Below, one piece after another: positions 58,510-64,000 of a stretch of 64,000 bases of DNA. The notes under the pieces were generated by a model. That model was not told where the DNA came from and ran no database searches. It was given only the letters and a program-made list of their open reading frames with translations. A program made the position numbers and the translations under genes. Source of the DNA: a virus; the IMG/VR virus record IMGVR_UViG_3300037149_000100. The stretch is one strand, 5' to 3'. The number at the start of each line of letters is the position of its first letter. The stretch's first letter is position 1.

Positions 58510-58537
58510 ACCCCAGCATGAAAGTGCTGGGGTTTTT
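58510..58537 (+). terminator. Rho-independent terminator
   Basis: ACCCCAGCA/TGCTGGGGT followed by T run. Confidence 0.7.
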
Positions 58538-58703
58538 GTTTCGATGAGGTAAAAATTATTCTCGGTTTTTTCTTCTCGATTCGAATCAACCCTGAGTATT
58601 ATGTAAACGGAACATAACATAGGCTGGCTCGGTGCCTTCGAACCGGACACTCCATGGACATCCTGTCCAACAGATCCGAACGGATCAACTCAAGGGAGAT
58701 TAA

Positions 58704-59417
58704 ATGAACAAGCTCTACACTCTACTCATCGCTGCGGCGATGCTTCTTTCCATCCCGGCTGCGGCTCAGACCGTCCAGGAGGGTACGGGATTCAACGGCT
58801 CGGCCACCCAGACCAACGGTGCCGTGACCCAGGGGGTCGTATCCTACGGCCTGCCCAGCAGCACCTGGACCGGTGAAACCCTCAACGGCGTCTACGTTGG
58901 CTCCTATGGTGTGGGTGGGTCCCAGGCCGGATACGTGGGCTTCTCCTCCCAGATGACCTCCACCAGCGCAGACGACGAGACCGGCAACGGTTCCGGCTAC
59001 ACCAGCGGCACCACCGTGGCCCAGGGCAACCTGATCCAGGGGGCCAACACGGTTGGCTCGCAGGCTAACGGCTCTACTGCCGGTAACGCCAACGTCTACC
59101 TGACCTCCGACACTGGCCAGAACAGCTACTACATGAATGGCAGCGGCAGCCTGACCACTGGCACCTCGGCCCTGATCGGCAACTTCACCGTGGCAGCCAA
59201 TGGTGGTCTCTCTCCCACTAACGGAGCGTTCGCTTCGTCCGCGACCACGGGTGAATTCAACTTCTCCGTGTCCGGTCTCACACCGAACATCGGCTGGCTC
59301 GGGAACGGCTCGACCGTGCAGACTGGTTATTCCCAGGTGTCCAACCTCGGAAACGGCTTCTCCGCCACCAGCACCGCTACCGTCACCTCTACGGCTTGCC
59401 CTGTCGTGAGCAAGTAA
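58704..59417 (+). CDS. Secreted Gly/Thr/Ser-rich protein
   Basis: Signal peptide; almost no charged residues. Confidence 0.7.
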   Translation: MNKLYTLLIAAAMLLSIPAAAQTVQEGTGFNGSATQTNGAVTQGVVSYGLPSSTWTGETLNGVYVGSYGVGGSQAGYVGFSSQMTSTSADDETGNGSGYTSGTTVAQGNLIQGANTVGSQANGSTAGNANVYLTSDTGQNSYYMNGSGSLTTGTSALIGNFTVAANGGLSPTNGAFASSATTGEFNFSVSGLTPNIGWLGNGSTVQTGYSQVSNLGNGFSATSTATVTSTACPVVSK

Positions 59418-59479
59418 GCTAGGCTTTTGCACTACCGGGGAGGGGTTCTACCCTCCCCCCTTTCCCAGGAGATACATCA

Positions 59480-60712
59480 ATGAAACGATTCCTTTCTCTG
59501 GCTCTGGCAGTGTGCATCGGTCCCCTGGCGTTCGCCCAGATCACCACGCCACACACTCCGCTCCAGCCTATCAGCACCAATGGTGCGACCGCCACCTCCA
59601 CCAACACTGTGGGTGCCAGCATCAACCAGAACTTTGAGGGCAGTGACCCCACGACCGGTCGCCTCTTCGTCAATCCAGTGCAGCCCTATCAGGCTCCTGT
59701 CGCCACCTACCTCGGTCCTTGGGCCACTGGGGCAAACATCCTGGATGACCTCCGGACCCTTCCGGAGACCATCACCGTCGAGCAGGCCAGACTCATGTAT
59801 AACGGGGGGGTGAGCGCACGGATCAATAAAATGGCCGATGGCTCATACCAATTTCGTTCCGTGCGGCTGCTCCGTCAACTCCCGCTTCGTCCCGTTCTGA
59901 ACGATGGGAAGCCTGTCCTCTCGCAGGATGGCCGCTCCTACCTGATGGAGCCGGATGAGTCCCGCTACAAGCGCATGGGCTACATCTTCCTTCAGGGCAA
60001 CGCCAAGGCTACAACCTTGGATGTGATCAGCAAGGCTGTGTTGGTCGGCCTGGACAACGGAGCCAACGAACTCTTCCTCATCAAGAAGGTCTCGAACACC
60101 CAGACCAGCAGCACCGGTTGGGGTATCGGCATCGGCTACGTCAGCGGTGGACTCAACGGCAACGAGATGAATCAGTCTCAGGCCGCTTCGGGTGGGACGG
60201 GGTTCAACCATGCGACCGCCAAGCCCCAGTATACGGAAGGACTGATCGTCCTGGCCCTTCAGGAAACTGATGCGCCTCCTGCTGTTATTCCCCCCCTGCC
60301 GGTTATCGAGCAGCCCAAACCCATCGTGGTCCCGGCTCCCGTAGTTCTGGCTCCGGTTCCCGCTCCTGTCGTAGTCCCCAAGCTGACCAAGCTGACCCTG
60401 GATGAGAAGATGGTCCACTTTGCCAATGGCAAGGCCACACTGACTCATGAGGGACAGGTCGTGATCGACAAGTTGGCTGCGGATCTGAACGGCAAGTCTG
60501 GCTACACCCTCTTGGTGGATGGCTACACCAGTTCGGTCGGCTCTCCGGCTCTCAATGAGAAGCTGAGCAAAGAACGTGCTGCGGTTGTGAGTGAGGCCCT
60601 GGTCAAGGCCGGTGTGCCCCGTGAATCGATCCAGATGAACGGCAAGACCAGCAAGGATCATGCGGCCAACCGCCGAGTGGATATCACGGTCGCCACGGCT
60701 ACGATTCAGTAA
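59480..60712 (+). CDS. Secreted protein with C-terminal OmpA-like peptidoglycan-binding domain
   Basis: Pro-rich linker, HF..GKA.L, GYT..G...LN.KLS.ERA, NRRVDI. Confidence 0.85.
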   Translation: MKRFLSLALAVCIGPLAFAQITTPHTPLQPISTNGATATSTNTVGASINQNFEGSDPTTGRLFVNPVQPYQAPVATYLGPWATGANILDDLRTLPETITVEQARLMYNGGVSARINKMADGSYQFRSVRLLRQLPLRPVLNDGKPVLSQDGRSYLMEPDESRYKRMGYIFLQGNAKATTLDVISKAVLVGLDNGANELFLIKKVSNTQTSSTGWGIGIGYVSGGLNGNEMNQSQAASGGTGFNHATAKPQYTEGLIVLALQETDAPPAVIPPLPVIEQPKPIVVPAPVVLAPVPAPVVVPKLTKLTLDEKMVHFANGKATLTHEGQVVIDKLAADLNGKSGYTLLVDGYTSSVGSPALNEKLSKERAAVVSEALVKAGVPRESIQMNGKTSKDHAANRRVDITVATATIQ

Positions 60713-61019
60713 AAGATTCCTTCATCCGATACCGGTGTCCTTAATTGGATGCCGGTATTAGTTTTGAAAGGAGAAGAATTGTGAGAGTCAAGAGCATGAA
60801 TCTCCCCGTTCCCCGCCGTATTCATCCGATGATTCGCAAGCATATGAAGCGGGTCTCTGATTGGCTCCGCAAGGTAGGCTACCGGGCCTACCATTTTGAA
60901 AAGCGGGTCAACCGATATTCCTGAATAGAAGTTTTCGAAAGTTTCTGTCTACAGATTCCCCAAGCAGAGAGTATTACATCATATGGATAAGTTCACGTAG
61001 ATTTTCTTATCAGGACCAA

Positions 61020-61093
61020 GCAGCCGTAATTCATCGGTAGAATGGTTTGCTCTAACCAGACTTAGGCGGGTTCGACTCCTGTCGGCTGCACCA
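61020..61093 (+). tRNA. Amber-suppressor tRNA (anticodon CTA)
   Basis: GCAGCCG/CGGCTGC acceptor, ATTC/GAAT D stem, GTTTG-CTCTAAC-CAGAC, TTCGACT T loop, ACCA. Confidence 0.85.
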
Positions 61094-61205
61094 TTGTATC
61101 AAAATTCCAAGGAGGACTCGATGTCTTAGACTCGCCCACCCTAACCTGTGGTATGCCCCACTGAACCAAATCGCATCAAGCCATTTCGTCATAAGGAGAC
61201 ATATC

Positions 61206-61874
61206 ATGGCAACCATCATCGACATCAACGAAACCAAACAGCCTCATGCCCCCCGGTTCACTGAAGAACAGAAAGAAGCGTGGCAGAAGGCGAAAGCCCT
61301 TCTCAAGAGCGGAATGACCAACACCCGTGCGCTTCACATCGCCATGTCCGAACTCCGCAAAGAGAACGGTCGGAAGCACAAGGGTCCAATCGAGACTGAG
61401 CCCAAGCGTGACGGCAAGCTGACCGAATATAAGGCTAAGCTGGTGAGCAGCCAGATGGCCGCACGGGTCGCCCAGTGGAAGGCTTATCTCCGTGATCCTG
61501 GGAGCCAGAAGCTCTTCATCATCGTCCGGAACGACCTCGAAACTTCCCAGAAGGCAGTGCAGGCCAGCCATGCGGCTGCGGAATTTTCCAAGCGCCACCC
61601 CCTCGCCCCTTGGGTCAACGGAACGATGGTCCTGCTGATCCCCGATCAGACCAGTCAGACCTTCCAGCGTTACCTGGAGGCCCCACACAGGCCAGTCAGC
61701 CCCACTTACCAGCATGATCCTTTCGAGGCATTTTGCCATGACCGCTTCTGGCCGTTCGAGTTCCAGACCGAATGGAGGGAGCCGGATCAGGGTAACCGCA
61801 TCACCGCTGTGGCCGTCCTCTCCTGCTTCAACAATGAACTTTGCAGCAAGCAGCATGGAGTGAAGCTCCTCTAA
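61206..61874 (+). CDS. Peptidyl-tRNA hydrolase 2 (Pth2)-like protein with N-terminal extension
   Basis: KLFIIVRNDL...KAVQASHA...W.N..MVLL...EPD....TAVA. Confidence 0.7.
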   Translation: MATIIDINETKQPHAPRFTEEQKEAWQKAKALLKSGMTNTRALHIAMSELRKENGRKHKGPIETEPKRDGKLTEYKAKLVSSQMAARVAQWKAYLRDPGSQKLFIIVRNDLETSQKAVQASHAAAEFSKRHPLAPWVNGTMVLLIPDQTSQTFQRYLEAPHRPVSPTYQHDPFEAFCHDRFWPFEFQTEWREPDQGNRITAVAVLSCFNNELCSKQHGVKLL

Positions 61875-61891
61875 TCTGCGTGAATCAACTG

Positions 61892-61916
61892 AGCCCCGCT
61901 TCGGCGGGGCCTTTTT
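61892..61916 (+). terminator. Rho-independent terminator
   Basis: GCCCCGC-TTCG-GCGGGGC followed by T run. Confidence 0.8.
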
Positions 61917-61939
61917 GTGGGTATTAGTTAGGGTGAGGT

Positions 61940-63280
61940 ATGAAGATGCAGAAGCTACGCAGAATGGATGCACGGTTGGAAGTAGATGTGACGGATGGTC
62001 AGCCTGACATAGAGGTTCTAAGAGAAATGGCCCAACGGCTGGCGATTAACCTACTCTGTGAGGATGACACAACATGCGCGGGTGTAGGGAGTGACAAATA
62101 CTGCATAACCTATAACATCCGACATTACGATGTCCCAGATGGGACTCCTATATTCAATGTGGATGAGGCAGCAGACCATCTTGAACTTACAACTCCTCCA
62201 ATCATTCAGCGAGTAGAAGTTCCAACTCCAGTCCCATCCCTTTCTTTTTGGGACTTCCTAGCAGGTAGGAGATAAAATGATGATAACAGCTTACAAAAAT
62301 TCAGGACACGCTCTAGTCGAAGATGCCTTAGCAATCATTTTGATAACTCTTATTCTTGCGTGGACTTGGGGGCTATGAGTATGCGAATCGTCAGTGCGGC
62401 TGTGTGTTATCAAGGTGTGATCTTCAGTCTTCCGGCCCCGAATCGGCACCATCATATCCTTCATGCAATGTATCAGATGGGGCTGCCTAACAGTAGCCAT
62501 AGGGAGCAGGGATTCCTTACGGATGAGGGGCACTACATTGATCGACTCGGAGCATTGGAGGTCGCTCAGGCTGCTGACCAGATCATTTCAAATGAGACGA
62601 CCTGGGTTCCTGCCATAGGTTTGTTTACGGAGGATTTATGGTAACAGCCCCACCCTGCCCACTCTGCCAGCAGCCTCTAAAGCGAGTCACTCAAGGCCCA
62701 TATTCCCCTCTGAACAGCGATCAATTTGATGCGGTGAAGGCGGGGGATTGGTTCTGCGAGTGTAGCAGTAACAGTAGGGGTCATGCCCCCTACGCCTACT
62801 TTTGGAGCAGGGAAGTAATTGTCATAGCTCCCGACTATCAGATTTAAGTTAAGGGAGGGTTTATGGACAACCCACATTTCACCTCAGATGATGTTCGTCG
62901 CCGCTTAGCTACGATCCGAGAAGACTTGGATCATGCTTACAAGATTGGAGCCAGGATTGCATCCCACGAACTTAGAGGGTATGAGCAAGCCCTCCAATGG
63001 GTATTAAGTTGCATGGAGAGTAAAGATGTTCCTACAGATCCCGAGGCGAATGGTAGGTAACTACTACGTTTGGCAAACCAGCACTTACGGCCAGGAGTTT
63101 CTGGACGGGTCGGCTCCGGCTGACATATACAAGATGAGACCGATGCCCTGCACCCCTGCGGGTGACTTGCAGGCCAGCTTCGGCACAGCCCTGGAAGCTG
63201 ACCTGATGCTTTCCGCCCTAGAGAAGCTAAGTGATGAGGACAGGGAGATTGCATTCCAAATTTCCCGTACGGGTAGATAA
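61940..63280 (+). other. Run of small hypothetical genes (61940-62275, 62375-62644, 62638-62847, 62863-63060, 63050-63280)
   Basis: Co-oriented ORFs; one carries QGFLT..G.YIDR...LFTEDLW. Confidence 0.55.
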
Positions 63281-63394
63281 ATTATTCAAGACTGCAAATA
63301 AAGGAGTTACAAATTTGCTCTGAAAAATCTTCCCGATCAGTATCTTTGCAAAAAGTTCTATACAAAACACCTCGAAACAGGGTATACTAGATAC

Positions 63395-63814
63395 ATGGGG
63401 GAAGAGAACATGACCAAGACGAAGAAAGAAGCGATGGATCAGGTCGAAGCGAACGCCCTGATGTCGTGGAAGATCGCTGCTCAGAACGCCATCCGCGATC
63501 TCGCGGGGAACAACAAGGAATTCGTCGCTGATGATGTGTGGGGCCTGCTCCAGCGGCGTGGTGTCCCTGCTCCTCGTGAGCCTCGTGCGCTCGGCCCGAT
63601 GATGAAGCTGGCGGCGGTCGCTGGAGTCATCGAGTGGACGGGTGTTCACAAGCAGTCCCGTCAGTCCCTGAACCATCAGCGTCCGGTGGTGATCTGGAAG
63701 TCCCACATCTACCGTGCCAAGCCGGTTCCGAAGGCCACCGTCACGGTCAAGCGGGGCGGGTTCCTCTCCTGGGTGAAGGCCATCTTCACCGGCAGGGATC
63801 GGGTGATCGCATGA
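63395..63814 (+). CDS. Hypothetical protein, possibly DNA-binding
   Basis: GGGTATACT motif upstream; F.ADDVW...EPRALGP pattern. Confidence 0.6.
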   Translation: MGEENMTKTKKEAMDQVEANALMSWKIAAQNAIRDLAGNNKEFVADDVWGLLQRRGVPAPREPRALGPMMKLAAVAGVIEWTGVHKQSRQSLNHQRPVVIWKSHIYRAKPVPKATVTVKRGGFLSWVKAIFTGRDRVIA

Positions 63815-64000
63815 GCGAGACTCCTTACAAGGATATGGAGTTCAAGGATCTCGTGACCGAACAGACCGGCAGAGCCCTCATGCAGTTGGGTGCGGGTTGC
63901 ACCCTCAAGTCCATCATGTGGGAGGCCATGTCTACCGCTCTGAGTTGGAAGCAGGAGCGTGACAAGGCTCTGAAGGAACAGGAACAGGAGAAGAAGGCAT

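Noticed and set aside
61020-61093. tRNA-Pyl
   Set aside because: It has a canonical D-loop GG, TTCGA T loop and 5-bp anticodon stem; no pyl genes seen
1-64000. Genome-wide TAG (or TGA) reassignment
   Set aside because: Long conserved genes are intact in the standard code, and the TAG-ending genes I checked hit further stops soon after

Overview
This window looks like 64 kb of a large (jumbo-type) tailed phage genome. Nearly all genes are on the + strand, tightly packed and mostly hypothetical, and no capsid or tail genes could be recognised. (1) 1-25 kb is a replication/recombination block: clamp-loader-like ATPase, NusG-like factor, actin-like ATPase, SNF2 helicase, SSB, RuvC-like resolvase, RecA, the N-terminal half of SbcC plus SbcD, ThyX and an NAD-dependent ligase. 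(2) 25-37 kb holds small accessory genes, a DNA methyltransferase, a 5'-nucleotidase, an Rnl1-like RNA ligase and a 944-aa modular protein. (3) 36.8-39.3 kb is an array of small genes behind a sigma70-like promoter, with the hexamer TGTCCA at almost every gene boundary (integron-like organisation without attC). (4) 39.4-52.4 kb is an array of about 30 tRNAs, interspersed with many tRNA-like and other structured RNAs, including circularly permuted (Y-RNA-like) tRNA mimics. (5) 50-62 kb carries translation-control parts: a release-factor-like gene that needs an RF2-style +1 frameshift but at a UAG codon, an amber-suppressor tRNA(CUA) and a Pth2-like hydrolase, plus host-like outer-membrane genes. 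All calls come from manual reading and motif recognition; no searches or folding programs were run.
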